Notes: a model not told the origin generated them from the letters alone. A DNA stretch of 64,000 nucleotides from an uncultured Gemmatimonadaceae bacterium (GCA_963740355.1 CAVUDW010000003.1:2080001-2144000), one strand, 5' to 3'; shown: positions 19,389 through 29,608, numbered from the stretch's first letter. Numbers and translations: made by a program.

Positions 19389-20495
19389 GTGTCCAAGGTC
19401 AAGGTCGGCATCATCGGGTCGCGCTTTCAGGCCGACTGCATCGCAGCCTCGGTTCGGATGATGCCGGAGGAGGCCGAGGTGGTCGCCGTCGCGTCGCCGT
19501 CACCAGGGAATGCGAAGGCGTTCGCGGAACGGCACCAGATCCCGGCGTTCTACAGCGACTACCGCGAGATGTTGAAGGATCCCGCCATCGAGATGGTGTC
19601 GATCACCGCGCCGAACCGGCTCCACGCACAGATGACCGTCGACGCAGCAAAGGCGGGGAAACATGTCGTCTGCGAAAAGCCACTCTGCGTGACCCTCGAA
19701 GAGGCGGACATCATGCTCGACGCCTGCCAGAAAGCCGGCGTCCTGCTGATGTACGCCGAAGAACTCTTCTTCGCCCCGAAGTACGTCAAGGCAAAGCAGA
19801 TGGCGGATGAAGGGGCCTTCGGGCGGGTGCACCTCGTCAAGCAGAGCGAGAAACACTCCGGCCCGCACTCCGACTGGTTCTGGGATGTGAACCAGTCCGG
19901 CGGGGGCGCACTGATGGACCTTGGCTGCCACGGGATCGCATTCTGCTGGTGGTTCCTCGGCAAGCCGAAGGTCAAGAGCGTGTATGCACAGCTCTCGACA
20001 CAGGTGCACGGTCACAAGACGCAGGGCGATGACGAGGCCCTCTGCATCATCGAGTTCGAGGGTGGTGCAACTGGGGTGGTCGAGAACTCGTGGACCAAGC
20101 CCGGTGGCATGGACGACACGATCGAGATCTTCGGCGACAAGGGGCAGTGTTATGCCGACATGCTGATGGGCAATGCGTTGCCGACCTACTCCGAAGTCGG
20201 CTTCGGCTACGCCGTCGAGAAGGCCGACACCACCACCGGCTGGACCTGGCCCGTCTTCGAGGAGCACTGGAACTACGGCTTCCCACAGGAGATGCGTCAC
20301 TTCGCTCGCTGCGTGCGCGGCAAGGAAACGCCAATCGCCGACGGCGAGACGGGACGTGTGGTGCAGGAGGTGTTGTACGCTGCGTACGCCTCCGCAGGGC
20401 TTGGCCGAAAGATTCAGATGCCGTTCCGACCCACCGGAATCGCGAAGCCGATCGATCTCTGGCTGAACCCTGCGCTGGCGCAGGCCGCGCTCTGA
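19389..20495 (+). CDS. Gfo/Idh/MocA family NAD(P)-dependent oxidoreductase
   Basis: KVGIIG Rossmann start, GKHVVCEKP, SGGGALMDLGCH; AGGAG RBS. Confidence 0.92.
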   Translation: MSKVKVGIIGSRFQADCIAASVRMMPEEAEVVAVASPSPGNAKAFAERHQIPAFYSDYREMLKDPAIEMVSITAPNRLHAQMTVDAAKAGKHVVCEKPLCVTLEEADIMLDACQKAGVLLMYAEELFFAPKYVKAKQMADEGAFGRVHLVKQSEKHSGPHSDWFWDVNQSGGGALMDLGCHGIAFCWWFLGKPKVKSVYAQLSTQVHGHKTQGDDEALCIIEFEGGATGVVENSWTKPGGMDDTIEIFGDKGQCYADMLMGNALPTYSEVGFGYAVEKADTTTGWTWPVFEEHWNYGFPQEMRHFARCVRGKETPIADGETGRVVQEVLYAAYASAGLGRKIQMPFRPTGIAKPIDLWLNPALAQAAL

Positions 20496-20518
20496 TTCCG
20501 ACGTCACCGCAGACCATC

Positions 20519-21310
20519 GTGCCAGCGCCGATCCGCATCTTCGCGACGCCGGAGCAGATCGGCGTTCATGTCGCGGACCACATCCTCGACGCCATCGGCC
20601 GCGCCGAGCGCGAGGCTCGACGCTTCCTGCTCGGCCTGCCCACAGGTCGCACACCACGTCCGATCTATCGCGCGATGGCTGGCCGTCTCGCAGCCTCGCC
20701 GCAAAGCATGGCGCACGTCACGCTGGTCATGATGGACGAGTACCTGCTCGAGACGCCCGAGGGGTTTGTGTTTGCGATGGCCGAGGGCGCGCCGTCCTGT
20801 CACGCCTTCACGCGGGTCGAGATCGTGGGGCAGTTGAACGCAGCGTTGCCGCCGCAGCAACAGTTGCAGGCGACGAACGTCTGGTTTCCCGATCCGCGCG
20901 ATCCCGCATCCTACGACGATCGCATCGCCTCCGCCGGCGGCATCGACTTCTTTCTGGTGGCCTCCGGCGCCGGCGACGGCCATGTCGCGTTCAATCCGCC
21001 GGGGAGCACCATCGACAGTCGTTCGCGCGTCATCACGCTCAGCGAACAGACGCGTCGCGACAACCTGGAGACCTTTCCCGGCCTCGGCACACTCGACAAC
21101 GTGCCGCGCTACGGCGTCTCGGTGGGCATCAGCACCATCATTGCGGCGCGCGCCGCTGTGATGGTGGCGTGGGGCGCTGGGAAACGGGAGACCGTCTCAC
21201 GCATGCGCGCAGCCAGCCGCTACGATGCCAGCTGGCCCGCCACACTCATTCACGAGTGCGCGGCGGCGGAGATCGTCGTCGACACAGACGCGGCAGGCGA
21301 AGCCGCATGA
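20519..21310 (+). CDS. Glucosamine-6-phosphate deaminase (NagB)-like protein
   Basis: LGLPTGRTP, MDEY, GGIDF, DGHVAFN, TRRDN, VGISTI. GTG start at 20519 inferred. Confidence 0.8.
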   Translation: MPAPIRIFATPEQIGVHVADHILDAIGRAEREARRFLLGLPTGRTPRPIYRAMAGRLAASPQSMAHVTLVMMDEYLLETPEGFVFAMAEGAPSCHAFTRVEIVGQLNAALPPQQQLQATNVWFPDPRDPASYDDRIASAGGIDFFLVASGAGDGHVAFNPPGSTIDSRSRVITLSEQTRRDNLETFPGLGTLDNVPRYGVSVGISTIIAARAAVMVAWGAGKRETVSRMRAASRYDASWPATLIHECAAAEIVVDTDAAGEAA

Positions 21311-22842
21311 GCGATCTGCCACACGACGGCGCAGCGCCACAGACGGAAGCGTGCTTCGAGACGCGGACGGCGCGAATCCTGATTGTCGGTGGTGGCTTCG
21401 CGGGGATCGGCATGGCGATCCGACTTCGTCAGCAAGGAATCGACGACTTCGTGATCCTCGAGCGGGCGCGTGATGCCGGTGGCACCTGGCGCGACAACAG
21501 CTATCCGGGGTGCGCCTGCGATGTGCAGTCGTCGCTCTACTCGTTCTCGTTCGCGCCGAATCCGGAGTGGAGCCGCGTCTACGCACCGCAACCGGAGATC
21601 TGGGACTACCTCCGGCGCGTCGTGCGCGAGTACGACATCGGTCGCCATTTCGTGTACGGCGAAAACGTCACCGGTGCCGAGTGGGACGACCTGATGCAGC
21701 AATGGGTCGTGACGTCCACCAGCGGTGAATGGACGGCCGATGCAATGGTGCTGGCGAGCGGCGGCTTGAGTGATCCGATCATCCCAGCCATTCCCGGACT
21801 CGACACGTTCGAAGGACCGGTGTTTCACTCGGCGCGCTGGGATCACGACTGCTCGCTCGAGGGAAAGCGCGTCGCGGTGATCGGTACTGGCGCGTCAGCG
21901 ATCCAGTTCGTGCCGCAGATCCAGCCTCGCGTCGCGCACCTCGATCTGTATCAGCGCACACCTGCCTGGATCCTGCCACGCCACGACACGGCCATTCCGG
22001 AGTGGCGCAAATCGCTCTACCGATCGGTGCCGGCCGCACAGCGGCTGCAGCGCGCTGCACTCTACGCCCTGCGTGAAATGCTGCTGCTGCCGTTCCGGAA
22101 GCCGGCGCTGGGCAAGGTCGTCGAAGCTCGCGCATTGCAACACATGCGCGCGCAGATCCCGGACGAGTCGCTGCGTGCCAAGCTCGTGCCGCGGTATCGC
22201 ATCGGGTGCAAGCGCATCCTGGTGTCGGATGATTTCTATCCGGCGATCGCCCAGCCGAACGTGACGCTGGTGACCGATGCGATCGCGAGCATCACGCCGA
22301 ATGGCGTGACGACCGCCGATTGTGTGCATCATATGGCAGATGTGATCATCCTCGGCACCGGCTTCCACACCACCGACCCACCACTCGCGCCGCTGGTGCG
22401 TGGTCGGACCGAGAAAACACTGGCTGAGGTCTGGGCCGGGAGCCCTCGCGCCTACATGGGCACCACGGAAACTGGTTTCCCGAACCTGTTCTTCCTGCTC
22501 GGCCCGAACACCGCACTCGGGCACAGTTCCGTGGTGCTGATGATCGAGGCGCAGATCGAGCATGTGCTCGGCGTGCTGGCGTTGACCGAGAAGCGTGATG
22601 CCGGCGCGGCGGAACCCGAGTCTGCCGCACAGAAACGTTTCGTGGCCGCGCTCGACGAGCGCATGGCGTCGACCGTCTGGATGCGGGGCGGCTGTTCGAG
22701 TTGGTACCTCGACGCCACCGGTCGCAACTCGACGTTGTGGCCGGACGGCGTCGGCAAGTTCTCGCGCACCGTGTCACGCGTGCGAGCCGCCGACTATCGA
22801 TTCACGCCGCGGCGCGTCACAACCGCCGAGGTGCGGACGTGA
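21307..22842 (+). CDS. Baeyer-Villiger-type flavin monooxygenase
   Basis: GGGFAG, GGTWRDNSYPGCACD, FEGPVFHSARW fingerprint, GTGASAIQ; ATGA overlap with the previous gene. Confidence 0.9.
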   Translation: MSDLPHDGAAPQTEACFETRTARILIVGGGFAGIGMAIRLRQQGIDDFVILERARDAGGTWRDNSYPGCACDVQSSLYSFSFAPNPEWSRVYAPQPEIWDYLRRVVREYDIGRHFVYGENVTGAEWDDLMQQWVVTSTSGEWTADAMVLASGGLSDPIIPAIPGLDTFEGPVFHSARWDHDCSLEGKRVAVIGTGASAIQFVPQIQPRVAHLDLYQRTPAWILPRHDTAIPEWRKSLYRSVPAAQRLQRAALYALREMLLLPFRKPALGKVVEARALQHMRAQIPDESLRAKLVPRYRIGCKRILVSDDFYPAIAQPNVTLVTDAIASITPNGVTTADCVHHMADVIILGTGFHTTDPPLAPLVRGRTEKTLAEVWAGSPRAYMGTTETGFPNLFFLLGPNTALGHSSVVLMIEAQIEHVLGVLALTEKRDAGAAEPESAAQKRFVAALDERMASTVWMRGGCSSWYLDATGRNSTLWPDGVGKFSRTVSRVRAADYRFTPRRVTTAEVRT

Positions 22843-23960
22843 GCGATCAAGGCTTCCGGCGCGAAGTGCCGTCGAGACGCGAGCGGATCGAAGGGCGCAT
22901 CGCCAGGCTGCTCTCCGGATTGCCGGGCCACTGGCTGCTGCGCCTGATCGGTGAGTCGCCACGTGTCGTCGACGGGCTCACGCTCGATGCACATGTGCAG
23001 TTCATTCTTGCCGCGCGCCGCCGAAGGCCGCAGCATTTGCTTTGCGAGCCGACCGTGGAGGCAGGACGCAATCGCTATCGCCGAGAGATTCAGGCGGCGT
23101 CAGTGAGCTCCGGAGCGCGGCCGACGCGCGTGAAGTCCGTGTCGTTGTTGACGATCGAAGGTGCGGAGGGACCCTTGCCGGCGCGACACTACACACCATT
23201 GGGCGACGATCGCACGGCTGCCAAACCACTGCTGTTGTTCCTGCACGGCGGTGGCTTCGTGATTGGCGATCTCGACACCCATGACGAGCCGTGTCGGTTG
23301 CTCTGCGCGCACGGCGACATGCATGTGCTGAGCGTTGCGTACCGCCTGGCACCAGAGCATCCCTTCCCGGCGCCGGTCGACGATGCCTGCGCCGCGTTGC
23401 GCTGGGCCCAGATGCACGCGGCGACGCTGGGCGCGAATGCGCTGCAGGTATGCGTTGGAGGAGACAGTGCTGGAGGAAACCTTGCCGCGGTTGCCGCGCT
23501 GACGGTCGCGCAGGAAGGGCATCCTGTCTTGGCGCAACTGCTGATTTATCCGACCACCGACTTTGCGTCCGAGCTGCCGTCACGTCGACTGTTTGCGAAT
23601 GGCTATGTGCTCTCGGCGGGCGACATGGATGCGTTCTTCGTGCACTACCTCGGTGGTGATCCCGCCATGCGCCGCGACGCACGCACCAGTCCTGCATTTT
23701 CACCTGATCTCGCGAACTCACCGCCAACCCTGATCACGACGGCAGACTTCGACCCGCTGCGGGATGAAGGCGAGAGTTACGCGCAGGCGCTCCGTGATGC
23801 CGGCGTAGAGGTGCGCACAAAACGTGTCGCCGGCATGCCACATGGGTACCTGCACATGACGACCGTCGTGCCAATGGCGCGCGCGGCTACCGTCGATACT
23901 GCGCGGCTGTTCAAGGCGCTGATCAGCGACGCCGCCCGGCGAACGCGCACCAGCGCCTGA
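22839..23960 (+). CDS. Hormone-sensitive-lipase family alpha/beta hydrolase (esterase)
   Basis: HGGGF, YRLAPEHPFP, GDSAGG, DPLRDEG, HGY; GTGA overlap with the BVMO gene. Confidence 0.9.
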   Translation: MSDQGFRREVPSRRERIEGRIARLLSGLPGHWLLRLIGESPRVVDGLTLDAHVQFILAARRRRPQHLLCEPTVEAGRNRYRREIQAASVSSGARPTRVKSVSLLTIEGAEGPLPARHYTPLGDDRTAAKPLLLFLHGGGFVIGDLDTHDEPCRLLCAHGDMHVLSVAYRLAPEHPFPAPVDDACAALRWAQMHAATLGANALQVCVGGDSAGGNLAAVAALTVAQEGHPVLAQLLIYPTTDFASELPSRRLFANGYVLSAGDMDAFFVHYLGGDPAMRRDARTSPAFSPDLANSPPTLITTADFDPLRDEGESYAQALRDAGVEVRTKRVAGMPHGYLHMTTVVPMARAATVDTARLFKALISDAARRTRTSA

Positions 23961-23982
23961 ACCCGTTCCGCCCGCGCGCTGA

Positions 23983-25392
23983 TTACCGCAGCGTGCCCGG
24001 CATCTCGGCCAACGAATAGGCGAGGATTGCCATCGCGGCGATCGACCGACGCAAGTCTTTCTCGTTGACCACGTTCAACATGTCACCACTGGTGTGGTGA
24101 TACCAGAAGTACTTCGAGGCATCGACGTCGAGGGCGAAGCCGGGCACGCCCAGCTCGAGAATCGGGCCGACGTCGGCTTCGCCGTCGCCTGGTGCGATCT
24201 TCGGCGCGCCGGCAATCCGGGTCAGCGCTGCCAGCAATGCCGCACGCCGCGCGCCGGCCGGAGTGCCTTGGAAGCGGAATCCCTTCGGCGCAAAGATCCC
24301 GTTGTCGCTTTCGATGGCCGCAAAGTGCTGCGCGAGTTCTGCGCGATGAGCGTCGCGGTACCCTGCGCCACCACGACCGCCATTCTCCTCGTTCGTCCAG
24401 AGTACGACGCGGATCGTGCGACGCGGCGTCAGGCCAAGCGTCTTGAGCAACTTCACCGCTTCCCAGGCCGCGACGCTGCCAGCGCCATCGTCCATTGCGC
24501 CCTGCCCTACATCCCACGAGTCGATGTGGCCGCCAATGACGACGACTTCATCCGGCTTTTCACGGCCACGCAGTTCCGCCACCGCGTTTCGTGACGGCGC
24601 GTCCGGGAGCATCTGCGCACTCATCACCAGCTTCACCGTGACCTTCTCGCCGCGCGCCGCGATCCGGTCCAGCATCTCGGCATCCTCGATGCTGAGGGCA
24701 GCGGCAGGAATCTTCTTCGTGACGGTATCGTACCGCATGCCGCCGGTGTGCGGCGATTGAATCGAGAACGTGGCGACGGAGCGGATCAGCGTCGCGACCG
24801 CGCCAACCTTGGCGGCGGCCGTTGCGCCGTACCCGCGGTACTGGACTGCCACACCGTAGCCGGCGAACGGCTCAGAGTCGGTGGGGAACGGCACATTGAA
24901 CAGCACGATCTTCCCCACCGCTTCCGCCTTGCGGCGCTCCAGCTCGTCGAACGAATGCACCACCAGCACTTCACCCGTGATGCCGTCGGGCCCTGTGCCA
25001 ACGCTGCCGCCCAGGCCGAGCATGTGCAGTGGTGCCTCGCGTGGCGTGATCAGCGCCGCCGACTCCGCGCCTCGCACCCAGTGTGGCACCATCACTGGCT
25101 CGCCACGCACATTGGCGAACCCATCACGCTGCATCTCGGCGAGGATCCAGTCGATGGCGCGCTCGAGTGAGGCGGAGCCGCTCAGCCGGTGGCCGAAGCC
25201 ATCGACCAACGCCCCAAGTCGACGGTACGGCATCGAGTCGGCGAGGGCCGCGGCGGTGATGCGGCGAGCCGCAGGGGCGAGCCGCGCGATGTCGGCGGCC
25301 GTCTGGGCGGACGCGGGCGACGTGGCGGCCATCGACATGGCGATGACCGTGAGAGCAAGCGTCGAAACAGTGGCAGGAACGAAACGGCGCAT
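23983..25392 (-). CDS. M28 family peptidase (carboxypeptidase Q-like), exported
   Basis: FGHRLSGS, GGHIDSWDVGQGAMDDGAG, NEENG, ESD, YFWYHH. Start at ATG 25392 or 25416, not 25764. Confidence 0.88.
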   Translation of the reverse strand: MRRFVPATVSTLALTVIAMSMAATSPASAQTAADIARLAPAARRITAAALADSMPYRRLGALVDGFGHRLSGSASLERAIDWILAEMQRDGFANVRGEPVMVPHWVRGAESAALITPREAPLHMLGLGGSVGTGPDGITGEVLVVHSFDELERRKAEAVGKIVLFNVPFPTDSEPFAGYGVAVQYRGYGATAAAKVGAVATLIRSVATFSIQSPHTGGMRYDTVTKKIPAAALSIEDAEMLDRIAARGEKVTVKLVMSAQMLPDAPSRNAVAELRGREKPDEVVVIGGHIDSWDVGQGAMDDGAGSVAAWEAVKLLKTLGLTPRRTIRVVLWTNEENGGRGGAGYRDAHRAELAQHFAAIESDNGIFAPKGFRFQGTPAGARRAALLAALTRIAGAPKIAPGDGEADVGPILELGVPGFALDVDASKYFWYHHTSGDMLNVVNEKDLRRSIAAMAILAYSLAEMPGTLR

Positions 25393-25520
25393 TGAAAGCG
25401 TGTCGGAGAAGTGCATCGGGCTATTGACGCGGATACGACCGCGGCCAGCATTGGCTGGGTGCTGCGATCGTGCCGGCCCGGAAAGGACGAACCCAGATGC
25501 GATAATGGATACGCAGAAGC

Positions 25521-25544
25521 GGAAACCTGACCTGTCAGGTTTCC
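25521..25544. promoter_or_regulatory. Perfect 11-2-11 inverted repeat, candidate operator in a divergent promoter region
   Basis: GGAAACCTGAC-CT-GTCAGGTTTCC, just before TTGCAC and a relatively AT-rich tract. Confidence 0.45.
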
Positions 25545-25617
25545 CCTTGCACATGACAGTACGTTGAAAAATGTAGTGTTTCGCGAGTGGTGTGCTCCCT
25601 TCACCGCGGGGAAGGAC

Positions 25618-26214
25618 ATGGACGATCAGGAGCAGGCAGGCGCTCAGGTCTCGCGTCGGGAGTTCGTGGCAGGGTTCGCCGTGCTGGGTGCCGTCTGGAT
25701 GGTGGCAGGCGCCGCATGTACGCGAGAATCGAGTTGGGGCGGCGACTCGACGAAGCTGGTGCACTTCTCCCCGGGCGATGCCGCGCAGATCGATGCCATC
25801 ACGGCCCGCATCCTCCCCTCCGACGACACTCCCGGCGCGCGTGAAGCCGGTGTGGTCTACTTCGTCGACCAGTCGCTGAAAGGCTTCGCCAAGGATCAGG
25901 CCCCGATCTTTGCCGAGGGCCTGAAGTCACTCGGTGAGGCGGTGACGAAGAAACATGGCAGCGCTGCCACCTTCGCATCGCTGACAGCGGAACAGCAGGA
26001 TGCGATGCTGAAGGAGATCGAGAAGACGCCGTTCTTCGGCGCAATCCGATTCGCGACGCTGGCCGGATTCCTGTCGCTACCCAAGTACGGCGGCAACAAG
26101 GACTACGTCGGCTGGAAGATGATCGGGCAGGAGGTGGTGATGGAGCACAAGGCGCCATTCGGCTGGTACGATCGCCCGGAAAACCAGAAGGCGCTGCTTG
26201 GACGGGTACTCTGA
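25618..26214 (+). CDS. Gluconate 2-dehydrogenase subunit 3 family (Tat small subunit)
   Basis: SRREFV twin-arginine motif, ILPSDDTPGAREAGVVYFVD, PKYGGNKDYVGWKMIG. Confidence 0.88.
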   Translation: MDDQEQAGAQVSRREFVAGFAVLGAVWMVAGAACTRESSWGGDSTKLVHFSPGDAAQIDAITARILPSDDTPGAREAGVVYFVDQSLKGFAKDQAPIFAEGLKSLGEAVTKKHGSAATFASLTAEQQDAMLKEIEKTPFFGAIRFATLAGFLSLPKYGGNKDYVGWKMIGQEVVMEHKAPFGWYDRPENQKALLGRVL

Positions 26215-27890
26215 TGCAGATGCCCACCACCCAGGCTGAACCGAAGCAGCCGTCGTACGCCACGAGCACTCCCGTTGACTTCGTGGTAATCGGTTCCGGT
26301 ATTGCTGGCGGTTCAGTGGCGCGTGAATTGACGCGCAATGGTTTTGAAGTCGTGTTGCTCGAGCAGGGTCGCAAGGTGGGCCCGGAGGACATGGAGCACG
26401 ATGAACTCGGTGCCTTCATGTGGCCGCGCTGGACCAACGATCCTGCGGTGTCGCCCCAGACGTATCGCAAGACCGAGGCGGACAAGCCTGAGCAACGCAA
26501 CTTCGCGCAGTACGCTCGCGCCGTCGGCGGCACCACCTTGCACTTCACGGGCAATTTCTGGCGCTTTCGCCCGATCGACTTTCACGAGAAGAGTGCGCGC
26601 GGCGGTGTCGCGGGTGCGGATCTCGCAGACTGGCCGATCACCTACGACGAACTCGAGCCGTACTACACGCAGGTGGAATACGCGGTCGGTGTGTCGGGCG
26701 AAGTCGGCAACGACCCGCGCGAACCGAAACGATCGAAGCCGTTTCCGTTGCCGCCGCTGAACGTGACGGGTCCAGGCGTGTTGCTCGAAGTCGGCGCGAA
26801 GAAACTCGGTTGGAGCTCGAAGGCCGCACCGATGGCGCTCCTGTCGCAGCCATACAAAGGCCGGCAGCCCTGTCACAATTGCGGCTTCTGCCTTGGCTTC
26901 CCGTGTGAATGGGGCGCGAAGTCCGGCGCCAACTGGACCATGGTGCCAGAAGCGCTGGCCAGTGGCAAGTGTGAGCTGCGCGCCAACAGTTACGTGCGAA
27001 AGATCGAGACCGACGACAGCGGTCGGGTCACCGGCGTGATCTATTTCGACAAGGACAAGAAGGAGATCGTGCAGAAGGCGAAGGCGGTCGTACTCTGCGC
27101 CAACGGTGCGGAAACGCCACGCCTCCTCTTCAACTCGAAGACGAATCGTTTTCCCGACGGCCTCGCCAACTCGAGTGGTGTGCTGGGCAAGCACCTGATG
27201 TGCAACGGCAATGTGTCGACGCAGGGCGAGTTCGAGCACGAGGTGAATGCGCACAAGGGCCCAGTGGTCACGCGCATCACGCAGGAGCCGTACGAGCTGG
27301 ACCCGAAGCTGAACCTGATTGGCGGCGGCGGCTTCGACTTCCGCATGTCGGTGCCGGCGCTGGTCTGGACCCTTGGTATGCCGGAAGATGGACCGATGTG
27401 GGGGAGCGGCTTCAAGAAGCGCATGCGCCCCTGGTTCCGGAACACCGTCGAAAGTCTTGGCCATACGACGCAGTTGCCAGTCGCCACCAACGCCGTCACG
27501 ATCGATCCGGAGCTCAAGGATGCGTGGGGCGTGCCCGCGATGCGTGTCACGTTCAAGGAGCACGAACATGACATGCGCCTCTACAAGCATTTCCAGGCGC
27601 TGGGGCGCGAGTTGATGACCGCCGCAGGTGCGACGAAAGTGCACCAGGGTGAACTCAACGACACACCAGGCAGCGCAGTGCACTTGCTCGGCACGGCACG
27701 AATGGGCAATGACCCGAAGACTTCGGTCGTCGACAAGTATCACCGAGCGCACGACGTGAAGAATCTCTTCATCGTCGACGGCAGCAGTTTCGTGACCAGT
27801 GGTCGCGGGCAGCCGACGATGACCATCCAGGCGCTGGCGTTCCGTGCGGCCGATCACATCGCAGATTTCGCTCGCAAGGGCGAAATCTGA
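26214..27890 (+). CDS. GMC oxidoreductase large subunit (paralogue A)
   Basis: [40 protein letters not shown] coupling to the small-subunit gene. Confidence 0.92.
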   Translation: MQMPTTQAEPKQPSYATSTPVDFVVIGSGIAGGSVARELTRNGFEVVLLEQGRKVGPEDMEHDELGAFMWPRWTNDPAVSPQTYRKTEADKPEQRNFAQYARAVGGTTLHFTGNFWRFRPIDFHEKSARGGVAGADLADWPITYDELEPYYTQVEYAVGVSGEVGNDPREPKRSKPFPLPPLNVTGPGVLLEVGAKKLGWSSKAAPMALLSQPYKGRQPCHNCGFCLGFPCEWGAKSGANWTMVPEALASGKCELRANSYVRKIETDDSGRVTGVIYFDKDKKEIVQKAKAVVLCANGAETPRLLFNSKTNRFPDGLANSSGVLGKHLMCNGNVSTQGEFEHEVNAHKGPVVTRITQEPYELDPKLNLIGGGGFDFRMSVPALVWTLGMPEDGPMWGSGFKKRMRPWFRNTVESLGHTTQLPVATNAVTIDPELKDAWGVPAMRVTFKEHEHDMRLYKHFQALGRELMTAAGATKVHQGELNDTPGSAVHLLGTARMGNDPKTSVVDKYHRAHDVKNLFIVDGSSFVTSGRGQPTMTIQALAFRAADHIADFARKGEI

Positions 27891-29566
27891 TGCAGGCACC
27901 GGCACAAACTTCGGCACCTGCCACCAAGACCTACCCCACTGACACTCCCGTCGATTTCGTCGTCATCGGCTCGGGAGTGTCCGGTGCGTCCGTAGCGCGG
28001 GAACTCGGACGCAAGGGATTTGACGTCGTGATGCTCGAGCAGGGCCGGACCGTTGGCCCTGACGATATGGAGCACGATGAGTTGGGCGCATTTCGCTGGC
28101 CGCGGTGGACGAATGACCCGTCGCTGTCGCCGCAGACCTTCCGCACCAGTGAGGACCAGAAGGCGGAAGTGCGTCCATTCGTGAAGTATGCGCGGGCGGT
28201 CGGCGGCACCACACTGCACTTCACCGGCAACTACTGGCGCTTCCGGCCGATCGACTTTCACGAGTTCTCGACGCACGGAGGTGTCGCCGGTGCCGCGATG
28301 GCGGATTGGCCGATCACCTACGACGAACTGGAGCCGTACTACACGGCTGTCGAATATGCGGTGGGTGTCTCCGGCGAGGTCGGTGACGATCCGCGGGAGC
28401 CGCGACGCTCGAAGCCGTACCCCTTGCCCCCGCTGAACGTGACGGGGCCCGGCGTGTTGCTGGAAGTTGGCGCGAAAAAACTCGGCTGGGCCTGCAAGGC
28501 GGCACCGATGGCGATCCTGTCGCGCGAATACCAAGGCCGTCAGCCGTGTCACAACTGCGGCTTCTGCCTTGGCTTCCCCTGTGAGTGGGGTGCCAAGTCC
28601 GGTGCCAACTGGACGATGGTTCCGCAGGCGCTGGCCACCGGCCGCGTCGAGCTGCGGAGCCACAGCTACGTGCGAAAGATCGAGACCGACGACAGTGGCC
28701 GCGCCAACGGCGTGATCTATTTCGACAAGGACAAGAAGGAAGTCGTTCAGAAAGCCAAGGCCGTGGTGTTGTGCGCCAACGGCGCCGAGACACCGCGGTT
28801 GCTGCTGATGTCGAAGTCGAATCGCTTTCCCGATGGCCTTGCCAACTCGAGTGGCGTGGTGGGCAAGCACTTCATGTTCAATGGTGGCGGCAGCGCCAGC
28901 GGGACGTTCGAGCACGAGGTGCATGCGCACAAGGGACCGGTGGTCACGCGCATCTCACTCGAGCACTACGAGCTGGATCCCAAGCTCGGGCTGCATGGCG
29001 GTGGTGGCTTCGATTTCCGCATCTCGAATCCCGCGCTGATGCGCACGAACGGCATGCCCGACGATGGACCAACCTGGGGCAGCGACTTCAAGAGGCGGAT
29101 GCGCAGCTGGTTCCTCAACTCCGTCGATGCCGCGGGTCACACGACGTCGCTGCCGGTGCCGACCAACTCGGTGTCGCTCGACCCGGAGCTGAAGGACGCG
29201 TGGGGACTTCCCGCCATGCGCGTGACCTTCCAGGAGCACGACGAGGACCTGAAGCTCTACAAGTATTTTCAGGAGCGGGCCGTCGAATTGATGACCGCTG
29301 CCGGGGCGACGAAGGTCTACCCGACCCCGATACGCACCGCACCTCGCCAGACGGTGCACCTGCTTGGCACCGCCCGCATGGGCAATGATCCGACGTCGTC
29401 GGTGGTGGACAAGTACCATCGCGCCCACGATGTGAAGAACCTCTTCATCGTGGACGGCAGCAGCTTCGTGACCAGCGGTCGCGGGCAGCCGACGATGACG
29501 ATTCATGCACTCGCGTTTCGTGCCGCGGATCACATCGCGGACTTCGCACGGAAGGGCGAGATCTGA
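27890..29566 (+). CDS. GMC oxidoreductase large subunit (paralogue B, tandem duplicate)
   Basis: Same length (558 aa) and motifs as paralogue A, identical terminal [18 protein letters not shown] coupling. Confidence 0.92.
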   Translation: MQAPAQTSAPATKTYPTDTPVDFVVIGSGVSGASVARELGRKGFDVVMLEQGRTVGPDDMEHDELGAFRWPRWTNDPSLSPQTFRTSEDQKAEVRPFVKYARAVGGTTLHFTGNYWRFRPIDFHEFSTHGGVAGAAMADWPITYDELEPYYTAVEYAVGVSGEVGDDPREPRRSKPYPLPPLNVTGPGVLLEVGAKKLGWACKAAPMAILSREYQGRQPCHNCGFCLGFPCEWGAKSGANWTMVPQALATGRVELRSHSYVRKIETDDSGRANGVIYFDKDKKEVVQKAKAVVLCANGAETPRLLLMSKSNRFPDGLANSSGVVGKHFMFNGGGSASGTFEHEVHAHKGPVVTRISLEHYELDPKLGLHGGGGFDFRISNPALMRTNGMPDDGPTWGSDFKRRMRSWFLNSVDAAGHTTSLPVPTNSVSLDPELKDAWGLPAMRVTFQEHDEDLKLYKYFQERAVELMTAAGATKVYPTPIRTAPRQTVHLLGTARMGNDPTSSVVDKYHRAHDVKNLFIVDGSSFVTSGRGQPTMTIHALAFRAADHIADFARKGEI

Positions 29567-29576
29567 ACGAACGGCA

Positions 29577-29608
29577 GGCTGAGAGGCGATCCAGATCGTA
29601 TCTCAGCC
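29577..29608. terminator. Imperfect hairpin between convergent genes
   Basis: GGCTGAGA..CGATC-CA-GATCG..TCTCAGCC. Confidence 0.45.

Noticed and set aside
20090..20518. Possible frameshift fusion of the Gfo/Idh/MocA and NagB-like genes
   Set aside because: The oxidoreductase ends normally at 20495, the NagB-like gene has a plausible GTG at 20519, and no slippery site is evident.
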